From an uncultured delta proteobacterium (GTDB taxonomy: Bacteria > Desulfobacterota > Binatia > UBA9968): DNA of 64,000 nucleotides. The stretch is taken from the NCBI GenBank assembly GCA_963816145.1, contig CAWFJP010000029.1, positions 416,001 to 480,000 of the forward strand. The letters are read 5' to 3'. The notes under the pieces are model-generated. The model did not search any database. It was not told the DNA's origin and was given only the letters and a program-made list of their open reading frames with translations. Position numbers and translations under genes: made by a program. The first letter of the stretch is position 1. Each line of letters opens with the position of its first letter. Below are positions 20,622 through 30,198 of the stretch, one piece after another.

Positions 20622-21503
20622 ATGCTTGCCCAGCAACTCGTTAATGCGATTTCACTGGGCGGTGTCTACGCGCTCTTCGCTCTCGGATTTACTCTGATCT
20701 TCGGCGTCTTGAACGTCGTCAATCTCGCCCATGGCGCCATGTTCATGCTCGGCGCCTACACGGCGCTGCAGGCGGTGTTGTTATTCAAGCTTCCCCTGGC
20801 AGCGGCCGTTCTGGCGGCTATCGCCGTAACGGCCGGCGCCGGCTGGCTGCTCGACCGCTTCATCTTCGCGCCGCTGCGGGCGCGCCAGGCGCCGCACTTG
20901 GCGCCGATGATTGCCACCATCGGTTTGGCGATCTCGCTCAACAGCACGATCCAAGGAATCTTCGGCGCCGAGAATCTGCGCTTCCCGGTGCATGGCTTGG
21001 CCGCCGACGGGTTGCGACTGGGCGGTGTGCAAATCACCTGGCTGGAACTGCAAATCATTTTTCTGGCATTCCTGTTGATGGCGGTTCTGCTGTGGTGGCT
21101 CATGCGCACGCGCATGGGTACGGCACTGCGCGCACTGGCCGAGTCGCGCAAAGCCGCGGCGCTCTTGGGTATCGATGTCGAGGGGCTGTTTCGTCTGACC
21201 TCGGTGATCGCATCTTTGCTGGGCGGCGTGGCCGGCGTTTTGATCGCGCTCTACACCAACGCGGTGTTTCCCCAAATGGGTCAGCCGATGCTGCACAAGG
21301 GCATCGCCGTGGTCATCCTTGGCGGCATGGGCGACATCCGCGGCGCCTTGCTCGGCGGCTTTTTCCTCGGCTGCGCCGAAGTCTTTTCGGTCGCCTACGT
21401 CGGCTCGACCATGCGCGATGCCGTGGCGTTCGGCTTACTATTCGCAATTCTACTTCTTCGGCCGGAAGGATTGTTCGGCAAAGCCGCCCAGCGGCGGGCG
21501 TGA
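20622..21503 (+). CDS. livH: Branched-chain amino acid ABC transporter permease (LivH-like)
   Basis: YALFALGFTLIFGVLNVVNLAHG, ILGGMG, LLLRPEGLFG. Confidence 0.9.
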   Translation: MLAQQLVNAISLGGVYALFALGFTLIFGVLNVVNLAHGAMFMLGAYTALQAVLLFKLPLAAAVLAAIAVTAGAGWLLDRFIFAPLRARQAPHLAPMIATIGLAISLNSTIQGIFGAENLRFPVHGLAADGLRLGGVQITWLELQIIFLAFLLMAVLLWWLMRTRMGTALRALAESRKAAALLGIDVEGLFRLTSVIASLLGGVAGVLIALYTNAVFPQMGQPMLHKGIAVVILGGMGDIRGALLGGFFLGCAEVFSVAYVGSTMRDAVAFGLLFAILLLRPEGLFGKAAQRRA

Positions 21504-21524
21504 TCGAAACATCCTGCGGGTTTC

Positions 21525-21552
21525 GTTCAAGGTTCAAAGGTTCAAAGTTCAA
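21525..21552. repeat. 4x GTTCAA tandem repeat
   Basis: gttcaaggttcaaaggttcaaagttcaa. Confidence 0.7.
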
Positions 21553-21649
21553 GGTCGGAGCGCGAGATTCGTCGACGTGTGGTGCTGAGATCAATTTTTA
21601 TTGGTTGTCGGGTGATAGAAATCCCTCGCGTGTAGAAAAGCTAATGTCC

Positions 21650-21742
21650 GTCATGCCGGCGCAGGCCGGCATCCAGTCTTGCTCGGATCGAGCTTCGGCC
21701 TGCCACCGAAGACGCCTGGATTCCGGCTTCCGCCGGAATGAC
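21650..21742. repeat. REP-like inverted repeat (GTCATxCCGG...CCGGAATGAC)
   Basis: gtcatgccggcgcaggccggcatccag ... ctggattccggcttccgccggaatgac. Confidence 0.8.
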
Positions 21743-21821
21743 AGAAGGAAAGTGAACTTCGAGTCGATAGTTTGACAAGCCGTTGGCTTTGAGCCGAGGG
21801 TTGCTGGTTTCAGATCATCGT

Positions 21822-22682
21822 ATGGAATGGCTAGAGACCTTTTGGGCGACTTACAGCACTCTGGTGCTTTCCATCGGCACCAACGTGCTATTGGCGCTGT
21901 CGATCTATTTGACGCTTGCCTGCGGGCTTTTGACCGTCGCCAATGCCGCCTTCATGGGTATCGGCGCCTATACCGCGGCGCTGCTCAGTTTGCACAGCGG
22001 TTTGCCTTTCTATTTGTCTTTGGTGCTCGGAGCGCTGCTGCCCGCAGCGGTGGCCTTGTTGCTCGGTCCGCCGACACTGCGGTTGTCGGGAGTTTATCTG
22101 GCGATGGCGACCTTGGCCTTAGGCGAGATCGTCCGGATATTTCTGCTCAACAGCGAAAATCTCACCGGCGGCGCTCTCGGCCTTAACGGCATCCCGCAGC
22201 ATACCCAATGGTACGATGTTGTCGTGATTGTTGTCGCCGCGCTGTATACGCTCTTGCGCGTCGCCGGTTCGCGCATCGGTCGAACGATGGTGGCGATCTG
22301 TCAGGATGAAGTCGCGACGGAACTCACGGGGCTCAACGTGCGCGCGTACAAGCTTGTCGCCTTCACGCTTGGCGCCGGGCTGGCCGGGCTTGCGGGCGGC
22401 TTGAACGCTCACTTCACTTTTTTCATCAGCCCGAACGAGTACGGCTTTGACCGTGGCGTGGAGATCTTGGCGATGGGGGTGCTCGGCGGCACCGGTAGCC
22501 CCTGGGGCGCGGTCATCGGCGGCGTGCTAATCACGCTCCTGCCGGAGTTACTGCGTGGTCTCGGCAATTACCGGCCGTTGATCAACGGGGTGATTCTGAT
22601 CGTCATCATTCTTTATTCTCCCAAGGGAATCTGGGATCTCACGCGTTTTATCCGGGTCAAGCGTGCCGCGGCAGCCAACTAG
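21822..22682 (+). CDS. livM: Branched-chain amino acid ABC transporter permease (LivM-like)
   Basis: FMGIGAY, LRLSGVYLAMATLA, LTGGALG, VLGGTGS. Confidence 0.9.
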   Translation: MEWLETFWATYSTLVLSIGTNVLLALSIYLTLACGLLTVANAAFMGIGAYTAALLSLHSGLPFYLSLVLGALLPAAVALLLGPPTLRLSGVYLAMATLALGEIVRIFLLNSENLTGGALGLNGIPQHTQWYDVVVIVVAALYTLLRVAGSRIGRTMVAICQDEVATELTGLNVRAYKLVAFTLGAGLAGLAGGLNAHFTFFISPNEYGFDRGVEILAMGVLGGTGSPWGAVIGGVLITLLPELLRGLGNYRPLINGVILIVIILYSPKGIWDLTRFIRVKRAAAAN

Positions 22683-22684
22683 CT

Positions 22685-23473
22685 ATGCTGACATTGTCAT
22701 CGATCGCAAAGAATTTCGGCGGCCTGCAGGTGCTGCGGGACATTAGCCTGGCGATTCCCGAGCGCGGCATCTTCGGCCTGATCGGTCCCAATGGTGCCGG
22801 GAAGACTACCGTGTTTAACTTGATCACCGGTTTGTTGGCTCCTTCGAGCGGCACCATCGAGTTCCACGGACAACCCTTGAACGGCTTGCCGCCCCATCAG
22901 ATTACCCGAAGGGGCATCGCCCGAACCTTTCAAAATATTCGCATCTTCAAAGAGATGTCCCTGAGCGAAAATGTTTTAGTCGGCATGGGGCGGCAGGCGC
23001 GCTACGGCGCCCTGCGCGTGCTCTTGCCGTCTTCAAGTTTGCAGGCGGCGCAGCGCGCCGAACGAGCCGAGGCCAGGGAGCTGTTAGCAAGAGTTGGATT
23101 GGGCGATAAGTCGGAAATTTTGGCGGGCAAACTTTCATACGGCGAGCAGCGCCGCTTGGAGATCGCTAGGGCGCTGGCGACAGCGCCCAAGCTCCTGTTG
23201 CTCGATGAACCGGCGGCGGGCATGAATGGCGCGGAGAAGCAGCAACTCATGGAAGAGATCGTCAAGCTCGAAGGGAATGGCTTGAGCCTGCTGATCATCG
23301 AGCATGATATGCGTTTCGTTATGGGCCTTTGCCGAGAAATCGCCGTGCTCAATTTTGGTCAATTAATCGCCCAAGGCACGCCGGAGGCGATTCGCGCCAA
23401 TCCGGATGTCGTCGAAGCTTACCTGGGTGAGCAAGACGACGGCGATTCACCGGCCGTGAAAAGCCCGTCATGA
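22685..23473 (+). CDS. livG: ABC transporter ATP-binding protein (LivG-like)
   Basis: GPNGAGKT, RTFQN, LSYGEQRRLEIARAL, LLDEPAAG. Confidence 0.9.
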   Translation: MLTLSSIAKNFGGLQVLRDISLAIPERGIFGLIGPNGAGKTTVFNLITGLLAPSSGTIEFHGQPLNGLPPHQITRRGIARTFQNIRIFKEMSLSENVLVGMGRQARYGALRVLLPSSSLQAAQRAERAEARELLARVGLGDKSEILAGKLSYGEQRRLEIARALATAPKLLLLDEPAAGMNGAEKQQLMEEIVKLEGNGLSLLIIEHDMRFVMGLCREIAVLNFGQLIAQGTPEAIRANPDVVEAYLGEQDDGDSPAVKSPS

Positions 23474-24183
23474 GCGTCTTGCTTGAAGTCAAGAATTTGC
23501 ATGTCCACTACGGCGCCATCGAAGCGGTCAAGGGCATCGATTTCTCCTTGGAATTGGGGCAGATTGCCACTTTGCTCGGGGCCAATGGCGCCGGCAAGTC
23601 GACCACGCTCCTGGCGCTGTCGGGCCTGGTCGACGCCAGCGACGGTTCCATCTTGTTTGATGGCAAGGAAATGCGCGGCCGGGCGCCGCACCAGATCGTC
23701 GATCTGGGCATGGTGCAGGTGGCCGAAGGGCGCGAGATTCTCACTACGCTGACGGTCCACGAAAATTTGCTACTGGGCGCCTATCGACGCCTGGATCGCG
23801 GCGAGATCGATTCTGATTTGGACAAGATGTTGGTGCTCTTCCCGCGCTTGAAAGACCGTCTCGGCGGTGCCGCCGGCAACCTTTCCGGCGGCGAGCAGCA
23901 GATGCTCGCCATCGCGCGCGCCCTGATGGCGCGACCGCGCCTCTTGCTTTTGGACGAGCCGTCAATGGGTTTGGCACCGCTCCTCGTCCAGGAAATCTTT
24001 CGGACTCTGAAGCAACTTCGTGAGAGCGGATTGACGATCTTGCTGGTGGAGCAAAATGTCCGGCAGGCGCTCAAGATCGCCGAGCGTGGTTATGTCATGG
24101 AGAATGGCGCCATCGTGTTATCAGGGCGGAGCGACGACCTGCTGCACAATGATCAAGTGATCGCCGCTTACCTGGGTGGATGA
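23470..24183 (+). CDS. livF: ABC transporter ATP-binding protein (LivF-like)
   Basis: GANGAGKS, LSGGEQQMLAIARAL, LDEPSMGLAP, AYLGG. Confidence 0.9.
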   Translation: MSVLLEVKNLHVHYGAIEAVKGIDFSLELGQIATLLGANGAGKSTTLLALSGLVDASDGSILFDGKEMRGRAPHQIVDLGMVQVAEGREILTTLTVHENLLLGAYRRLDRGEIDSDLDKMLVLFPRLKDRLGGAAGNLSGGEQQMLAIARALMARPRLLLLDEPSMGLAPLLVQEIFRTLKQLRESGLTILLVEQNVRQALKIAERGYVMENGAIVLSGRSDDLLHNDQVIAAYLGG

Positions 24184-24446
24184 GTCCGCTCGAGTGATCG
24201 CCGGATGTCGTTTCGTCACAAATAGGAAATCTTTTTTGGCTCAAGCAAAGCGGGGCAGTTGTTGCAGTTTCGGGAGCCTCAGGGGAGTTCATCGGGTTTC
24301 TAGCGGCTGGCGGAAAACTTACAGGTTTGTTCTCAATTGTGCCGATCATCGCTATTTGTGCACTCTTCCTTCGGGCCGAATTTCTCGGTTTGTCCCATAG
24401 TTGCGCAGCTGTCAGATCCTGTCCCGGCAAATTTGCAGGGCATTTG

Positions 24447-24461
24447 TGGCATGGATTCTGC
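24447..24461 (+). promoter_or_regulatory. Putative sigma-54 (-24/-12) promoter
   Basis: TGGCATGGATTCTGC has GG-N10-GC spacing and ends ~47 nt upstream of the ATG at 24509. Confidence 0.55.
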
Positions 24462-24508
24462 CTAATCCTGCGGTTAGAAATCTGGCCGCAATCGAAGGAG
24501 GAGTTTCC

Positions 24509-24712
24509 ATGGATGAAATTTTGACCGCAGGGGAAGTTGCCGAGTTGTTACAAATTCACCCTCGGACGGTTTATAAACTGGTCAAGCAGGGTTCGATTCC
24601 AGGCCGCAAGTTTGGCGGCGGATGGCGTTTTAGCCGAACCGATATCCTGGCGATGGTCTCGCCCACGGGGCAACCGCCGGCGCCGCCCCAGTTGCACACC
24701 GAAGAGCGCTAG
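24509..24712 (+). CDS. Excisionase-like HTH_17 DNA-binding protein
   Basis: AAGGAGG RBS; EILTAGEVAELLQIHPRTVYKLVKQGSIPGRKFGGGWRF. Confidence 0.85.
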   Translation: MDEILTAGEVAELLQIHPRTVYKLVKQGSIPGRKFGGGWRFSRTDILAMVSPTGQPPAPPQLHTEER

Positions 24713-24735
24713 TTTCCAGCATCGAGTTTTCATCA

Positions 24736-24790
24736 AGAAGCCCTCCCGGATCGAGTCGCGTCGACTTCGAACGGGAGGGCTTCTATTTTT
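24736..24790 (+). terminator. Intrinsic terminator
   Basis: agaagccctcccg ... cgggagggcttct followed by ATTTTT. Confidence 0.7.
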
Positions 24791-25014
24791 CCTAACTCAT
24801 CCCGATATCAAAAGATCCTAGTGGTTCAGTTCTGAAGTATTGTTGTCTTCGTTCGGGATGACGGCTACTCAGGTTTTGTCATTTCGAGCGCAGCGAGAAA
24901 TCGATCCAATCTGTGATCGGCGGAACAGGCTAAATGAAGCACGACCAAACTGTCGAGAGGCTTGCTTCCCTAACGCCAAGCAGCTAGGAAGATTGGATCA
25001 ATCTATATCAAAGG

Positions 25015-26199
25015 ATGGCATCCATGGGTGGGGCACTGGCGGGCATTAGGATTATCGAGGCAGCAAGTTATGTTACCGGACCGTTTGCGTCGCAGCTGCT
25101 GGCGGACTTGGGCGCGGAGGTGATCAAGGTCGAGGAGCCCAAGCGCGGCGATCCATTTCGCGGCTGGGGCGAGCGCAACTATGCGGCGACCTTTTGCAGT
25201 CTCAACCGCAACAAGAAAAGCGTGACGGTGGATTTCCGCACCGACGAGGGGCGCGATGTGCTGGTCAAGCTATTAACCGGCGCCGATGTGTTTATTCAAA
25301 ACTTTCGCCCTGGCGTCTTGGACAAGCGCGGTTTGGGCTACGGCGATATCAGAAAGCTCAACCCGAAAATAGTCTATTGCTCGATCTCGGGCTTCGGTCC
25401 CAAAGGGCCCTATCGCGACATGCCGGGCTACGACACCATCGGTCAGGCGCGCAGCGGCCTGTTGAGCTTGCTAACGGATCCAGGCAAGCCCCAAGGCATG
25501 GGCATATCATTTTCGGATCATCTGACCGGTATGTACGCCTGCTACGGCGTGTTGGGCGCGCTGATGAACCGCACGCTGACCGGCGAGGGACAGCATGTGG
25601 AGACCTCCTTGCTGCGTGCATCAGTGTCGTTTGTCGGCGAAAATGCGGCGCGCTATTTCGAGACCGGTCATGTGCCGCGGCGCAAGCATCGCACGACCAC
25701 CGCCGGCGTGTTCGCCTTCGAAGACCAAGAAGGCTTGGCGTTCGTGTTGCATATGTCGTCGCCGGATAAGTTCTGGTTCGGCCTGTTCGACGTCGTTGGC
25801 AAGCCGGAATGGGCGCATGACCCGCGTTTCAACAATCGCAAAGCGCGAGTGGAAAACTACGATGCATTGAACGACCAGTTAGCGCCGATCTTTCGCGCCG
25901 GCAAGCGCGAAGATTGGCTGCGCCGGTTGATCGCCAGGGACGTGCCGGCGGCGCCGATCAACACCCTCGATGAAGTGTTCGCCGATCCGCAAGTGAGATC
26001 CTACGGCTTCCCCATTGAGGTCGAACATCCGCAGATGGGTAAAATGCAGCTTATCGGCAACGCCGTCGACATGAGCCGCACGCCGCCGACCATCGATCGG
26101 CCGCCGCCGGTGCTGGGCGAACAGACCGAAGAGATTCTCGGCGCGCTGGGCTTGGATGCGCAAGCGATCGCGGATTTGCGCGCTAAGGGCGCGGTCTGA
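25015..26199 (+). CDS. CaiB/BaiF family (class III) CoA-transferase
   Basis: LADLGAEVIKVE, NRNKKS, NFRPG, ISGFG, GYD, PPVLGEQT. Confidence 0.92.
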   Translation: MASMGGALAGIRIIEAASYVTGPFASQLLADLGAEVIKVEEPKRGDPFRGWGERNYAATFCSLNRNKKSVTVDFRTDEGRDVLVKLLTGADVFIQNFRPGVLDKRGLGYGDIRKLNPKIVYCSISGFGPKGPYRDMPGYDTIGQARSGLLSLLTDPGKPQGMGISFSDHLTGMYACYGVLGALMNRTLTGEGQHVETSLLRASVSFVGENAARYFETGHVPRRKHRTTTAGVFAFEDQEGLAFVLHMSSPDKFWFGLFDVVGKPEWAHDPRFNNRKARVENYDALNDQLAPIFRAGKREDWLRRLIARDVPAAPINTLDEVFADPQVRSYGFPIEVEHPQMGKMQLIGNAVDMSRTPPTIDRPPPVLGEQTEEILGALGLDAQAIADLRAKGAV

Positions 26200-26265
26200 G
26201 CGATGATTCGAGTGATTGGAGTGCTGGGTTATCCAGACCCACTACTCCAATCCATTGATACTCCC

Positions 26266-26751
26266 ATGCGTCATCCCAGTTTAGTTCTTCTATCTCACGA
26301 CCATCACCATGGTCTGGCATTGGCGTTGCGTTGTCGCAAACAGTCGCTTGGGCAGATCAAGCCTATGGGTGCCGAGGGGCTGCGCGCGCGCGCTCAAGAG
26401 TTTCTAGACTTTTATCGTGCCAACCTTGTGGCCCATTTCAAAGCTGAAGAAGAAGTTTTGTTCCCGCTGATGCGCCAACAGGTGCTGGGCTGTGGTGTAA
26501 TGATCGACCAGTTGGTGCGCGATCATGAGCAGCTTCGCCGCTCGGTGCGGCAGCTTGAAGCGGGCACCGGCTTGGCAAAATTGATTTTTGACTTGGGCGA
26601 TCTACTAGAACGCCATATCCGCAAGGAGGAGCGGGAACTCTTCCCACTCTTCGAAGCTCATGTCGACGAGGCTCAGGCTGAGGCAATGGGCTTGAAGATT
26701 AAGGAACAACTTGGCGATGGCCGCACGATAAGGATGAAGGATGAAGGATGA
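26266..26751 (+). CDS. Hemerythrin-like domain protein
   Basis: RHPSLVLLSHDHHHGL, HFKAEEEVLFP, HIRKEERELFP. Confidence 0.85.
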   Translation: MRHPSLVLLSHDHHHGLALALRCRKQSLGQIKPMGAEGLRARAQEFLDFYRANLVAHFKAEEEVLFPLMRQQVLGCGVMIDQLVRDHEQLRRSVRQLEAGTGLAKLIFDLGDLLERHIRKEERELFPLFEAHVDEAQAEAMGLKIKEQLGDGRTIRMKDEG

Positions 26752-26796
26752 AGGAAGCTCTTACACTTCGCCCCTCATCCTTCCGCCTTTATCCTT
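26731..26796. repeat. AGGATGA x3 tandem with inverted (C/T)TCATCCT-like copies
   Basis: aggatgaaggatgaaggatgaagg ... cttcgcccctcatccttccgcctttatcctt, between convergent genes. Confidence 0.7.
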
Positions 26797-26800
26797 TTTT

Positions 26801-27154
26801 TTAGTCCATTAACTTCAACAAAACATGGCGGCGATTTTTCGTGTGCGGCCGCACTTGAGCGGGCCAGCGGCCGTCTTCGATGGCTTTGTCCCAGGCTGGG
26901 CTGGTGAGCACGTCGGGGCTTTCCAGTTCGTAGATCGCCGTATAGGTCGGTTCGTTTGGGATCTCGATGGTTTTGCGCTCGCCACCGATATTCATCGTTA
27001 GCGTCCCCCGTTTGTAGCGCGAAACGCCGAGAACGCCCGGAACCTTGAGCAGGTTGGGCACATGCTCTTGGTCGTAGACTTCGTTAAAGATCGCGTCATG
27101 TTCCGCGTCGACATCCATGCTGGCGATCATTAAGTATTTTGCTTTGCCTGCCAT
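26801..27154 (-). CDS. EthD/DUF4286-like dimeric alpha-beta barrel protein
   Basis: FNEVYDQEHVPNLLKVPGV...YTAIYELES; GAGGAG RBS. Confidence 0.7.
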   Translation of the reverse strand: MAGKAKYLMIASMDVDAEHDAIFNEVYDQEHVPNLLKVPGVLGVSRYKRGTLTMNIGGERKTIEIPNEPTYTAIYELESPDVLTSPAWDKAIEDGRWPAQVRPHTKNRRHVLLKLMD

Positions 27155-27212
27155 GTTTTTCTCCTCGTGCGGCGATTTTAAAGATAGGATAATTAGATTC
27201 AGAGAATGGATT

Positions 27213-27279
27213 CACCACAGAGCCGCAGAGCACAACAAGAATAACAATTTAATCTCTGCGAACTCAGCGCCTCTGCGGT
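27213..27279. repeat. CAGAG-type palindrome
   Basis: caccacagagccgcagag ... ctctgcgaactcagcgcctctgcggt. Confidence 0.65.
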
Positions 27280-27301
27280 AAAGATTCTCGTCAAAGGTTC
27301 T

Positions 27302-27664
27302 CTACATGCCCAAGAAGCTGCCGAGCTCCGGCGCCGGCGATTTGATCTCGACGACGATGGACTCTTCGATGCCCTCGACTCCATGAGGCACACCCTTGGG
27401 GTGGCGGCAGACATCGCCGGGGCCAAGGATAAATTCTTCCTTGCCCACGGTCATTTTGACTTTGCCCTTGACCACGTAGGCCAGTGATTCGTGGTTGTGC
27501 ACATGCAGCGGCGCGCCGACGCCAGGGGTGTAATGGATTTCCAGAAACGTCATTTCATCGCCGGTGATGAGCGGTTTCACTAGCAAATCGCCGCCATACA
27601 TTGGCTTGCCTTCGATGGCTTTGACGGTGATCGCTTTGACATCGGCGTTTTTCGATAGAATCAT
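27302..27664 (-). CDS. Cupin domain protein
   Basis: PLHVHNHE...G...PGD...PKGVPHG. Confidence 0.85.
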   Translation of the reverse strand: MILSKNADVKAITVKAIEGKPMYGGDLLVKPLITGDEMTFLEIHYTPGVGAPLHVHNHESLAYVVKGKVKMTVGKEEFILGPGDVCRHPKGVPHGVEGIEESIVVEIKSPAPELGSFLGM

Positions 27665-27828
27665 TTGCGCTCCTTCATCGGCTGTGGGGGATGGTATTAG
27701 GACTGGGCGGATTCTAACGATGGGGCGAATTCAAGTCAATGTGACGGAGCCAGAGACAACAGGTCTCCTCGCCTTTCTCATCAATCCTTGATAGGTGCAA
27801 AATAGCAAGAGATTCACTGGAGGGACTC

Positions 27829-28668
27829 ATGTTGGTGCAGGCTTTGGATCATTTTGTCGTGCCGGTTAACGATATCGTTGTCGCCGAGGATTTTTACGTC
27901 CAGGTGTTCGGCGGCAAGATTGTCAAACGCAACGGTCTCAATGTCAAAACCCAGGTTCTGGGAGCGCATACATTCATGGAAATCGCCGGCAAACGCATTG
28001 GCGTTTACCTGCAAAAAGAGGAACGTGGCCAGGCCATCGCGACCCGCGGCACACCGACCTATTCGTTTACCACCACCAAGCATGGCATCGAAGAGGTGAT
28101 GGATGCGCTGGAGCGGTGCAAGATCGTTTTCGAAGGTCCGCAAAAAAACAGCCATCCGTTCGCCACGACCACCCTGTTTTTTGCCGACCCGGCGGGCAAT
28201 AACTTCGCGGTCTATGTGCCGAGCATCGATGGCCAAAACACGGCCGCGACGGATGGGCGCCTAACCGGGGTAGGTTATTTGGAATTGGAGGCGCCCAAAC
28301 TCGATGATTCGATCAAGTTTTACGAAGCGGTTTTGGGCTTCGAGTTACTTAGCCGCGGCCAAGACGCCAAGAGCAAGCGCAATCAGACCGCCATGCGCAT
28401 GGCCAGCGGGCAACACTTGATTCTCACCGAAGCGCCATTCGCTCCCAAGGGTTATCCGATGAGCCGGAAAATCCCCGGCCCACACCTCGGTTTCTACGTC
28501 GCGCCGCAACAGTGGCGCGACGCGTTGGCCCAACTCGACCGCCTCGGCATTCCCAACGGCGACCGCGGCGAAGAGGCCAAAGGGCGCCATCCTGGCGGCA
28601 CCGCCGGGACTTACATGGACGATCCTGCGGGTTACGTGATTCAGTATATTACCGAGGGTATGCAGTGA
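27829..28668 (+). CDS. Two-domain VOC/glyoxalase family protein
   Basis: LDHFVVPV...FY...DPAGN and second repeat FYEAVLGF...HLGF...DPAGY; GGAGG RBS. Confidence 0.75.
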   Translation: MLVQALDHFVVPVNDIVVAEDFYVQVFGGKIVKRNGLNVKTQVLGAHTFMEIAGKRIGVYLQKEERGQAIATRGTPTYSFTTTKHGIEEVMDALERCKIVFEGPQKNSHPFATTTLFFADPAGNNFAVYVPSIDGQNTAATDGRLTGVGYLELEAPKLDDSIKFYEAVLGFELLSRGQDAKSKRNQTAMRMASGQHLILTEAPFAPKGYPMSRKIPGPHLGFYVAPQQWRDALAQLDRLGIPNGDRGEEAKGRHPGGTAGTYMDDPAGYVIQYITEGMQ

Positions 28669-28695
28669 CACGGTTGCGGCGCGCTGAAGAGAGCT

Positions 28696-29067
28696 TCAAG
28701 CTTTGCTGGTGGGAGACGTCAAGCGCCATCGGCCGTAGGCGACGAATACAGAGAGCCCTCCGGTCATGAGCGGAATGAGTGCCGTTGCGATATCACCAAT
28801 GATCATAGTTACCACGGTCGCCCCGATCATGATGACGCTCAACCCAGCGGCGGCAAGCGGCGTGAGGCCGGGACGAACTCTGAAAAGCCAGGGAAGGATC
28901 AAACCTATGGCGCCGAGCAATTCCGCTACCCCAATGAAGCGGAGAAACCAGCCGGGCATGGCGATCTGCTTGGTCATTTCCTCGATGGGCGTGATCAACT
29001 TCATGCCGCCGGCGAATAGAAAAAGCGCGGCGAGCAATGCTTGGATAATCCACAAAGCAATGTTCAT
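28696..29067 (-). CDS. DoxX family membrane protein
   Basis: LWIIQALLAALFLFAGGMKL, FIGVAELLGAIGLILP, VAYGRW. Confidence 0.85.
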   Translation of the reverse strand: MNIALWIIQALLAALFLFAGGMKLITPIEEMTKQIAMPGWFLRFIGVAELLGAIGLILPWLFRVRPGLTPLAAAGLSVIMIGATVVTMIIGDIATALIPLMTGGLSVFVAYGRWRLTSPTSKA

Positions 29068-29150
29068 GATGGGTTTCCTTTCGTGGCGATTGTACCCTGT
29101 TAAGCGTTGTTAAATTCCGGTAGTGGTTCACTTCGAGAGGGCCACAGGTC

Positions 29151-29232
29151 TTCATCCTGAGGAAGCGTGCTCGCTTCGCGTGAGATGACAGCAGAATAGT
29201 CGATTTGTCATCTCGAACGAAGTGAGAGATCT
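29151..29232. repeat. GTCAT-type REP-like elements
   Basis: tcatcctgaggaagcg...gagatgac and gtcatctcgaacgaagtgagagatct; related copy at 24855-24903. Confidence 0.55.
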
Positions 29233-29291
29233 CGGTGTAACTGAACCGCTACATAAATTCCACGGCCTGTTTAGTAGACGGCACTCGGGTA

Positions 29292-29831
29292 TTATTGTTT
29301 GCCGATTGTCTCCGCCACTGATTTCAATTGTGCCAAGCCCTTTTCGAAATCGGCGCCGACCAGTTTGTCCATGTTCATCAAAAGTCCGAAGGCCTTGGCT
29401 ATAAAATTGTTCGTGCCGAACATGCTCCAGGTTACTGTTGTTTGATTGCCATCGGGTTTGAAGCTGAACTCAGCGGTGTTAGTCGCGGCAAACGGTTTGA
29501 GGAATTCGAGCTTAATGCGGATGAGTTCATTCGGCTGGCTTTCCGTCAACGTCATTCGTCCCTCTCCAACTTGATCGTTGCCGGACCACGAGTAGCTCGC
29601 GCCGACGCCGGCGGATGCTCCCGCGAATGACTGCTTCATATTCGGGTCGAGTTTTGCCCAGGGCGACCAGCCATCCCATTTGTGGAAATCGTTGACCTGC
29701 TCGAACACCGTCGCTGCGGGTGCGTTGATCGACGTTGAGCGCACAATACGAAAATCGGGCGGCTGCAAGGCGATGACAACGGCCAAGGCGGCGAGAATTG
29801 CGAGCAGAGCGATAAGAACTTTCTTGAGCAT
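29292..29831 (-). CDS. SRPBCC/polyketide cyclase family protein with N-terminal membrane anchor
   Basis: RSTSINAP, WDGWSPW, GVGASYSWSGN, DFEKGLAQLK; start at MLKKVLI. Confidence 0.85.
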   Translation of the reverse strand: MLKKVLIALLAILAALAVVIALQPPDFRIVRSTSINAPAATVFEQVNDFHKWDGWSPWAKLDPNMKQSFAGASAGVGASYSWSGNDQVGEGRMTLTESQPNELIRIKLEFLKPFAATNTAEFSFKPDGNQTTVTWSMFGTNNFIAKAFGLLMNMDKLVGADFEKGLAQLKSVAETIGKQ

Positions 29832-29901
29832 AAGTTGTATCTTCGTGGTTAGAAATTCCCCGTGTCTCCGAAACGTTGAACCTTGAATCTTCGAACGAGC
29901 C

Positions 29902-30198
29902 CTATCCCCCCGCGATCGCACCGATAATCATGAACGGCGCCGCGCCGGTGGCAATTGCATCGGGCAACAAGGCGTCCGGTGGCTCATGGGAAAGATCCTG
30001 CCCGCAGGCGAAGAAGCGCACGAAGGCGCGGCGGTTTTGCGTGACATGATCGCGGATCGTGCCGTGCAGCATCGGATAGCGCGCTTCGAGGGCGTCGAGC
30101 ACGCTGCGTTGGGTGACTCGGCCGGTGACTTCGAGCTGTACTTCGCCGTCGACCTGCGCCAACTTGCGCAAGTGCGCGGGCAGCGTGACGCGGATCAT
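29902..30198 (-). CDS. MoaD/ThiS-like ubiquitin-fold protein
   Basis: [11 protein letters not shown]...LEARYP...RAFVRFF...IIGAIAGG with C-terminal GG; ATGA overlap with the upstream gene. Confidence 0.85.
   Translation of the reverse strand: MIRVTLPAHLRKLAQVDGEVQLEVTGRVTQRSVLDALEARYPMLHGTIRDHVTQNRRAFVRFFACGQDLSHEPPDALLPDAIATGAAPFMIIGAIAGG

Noticed and set aside
24509-24712. Prophage/ICE boundary suggested by the excisionase-like gene
   Set aside because: No integrase, att-like repeat or phage genes nearby; flanks are metabolic genes.
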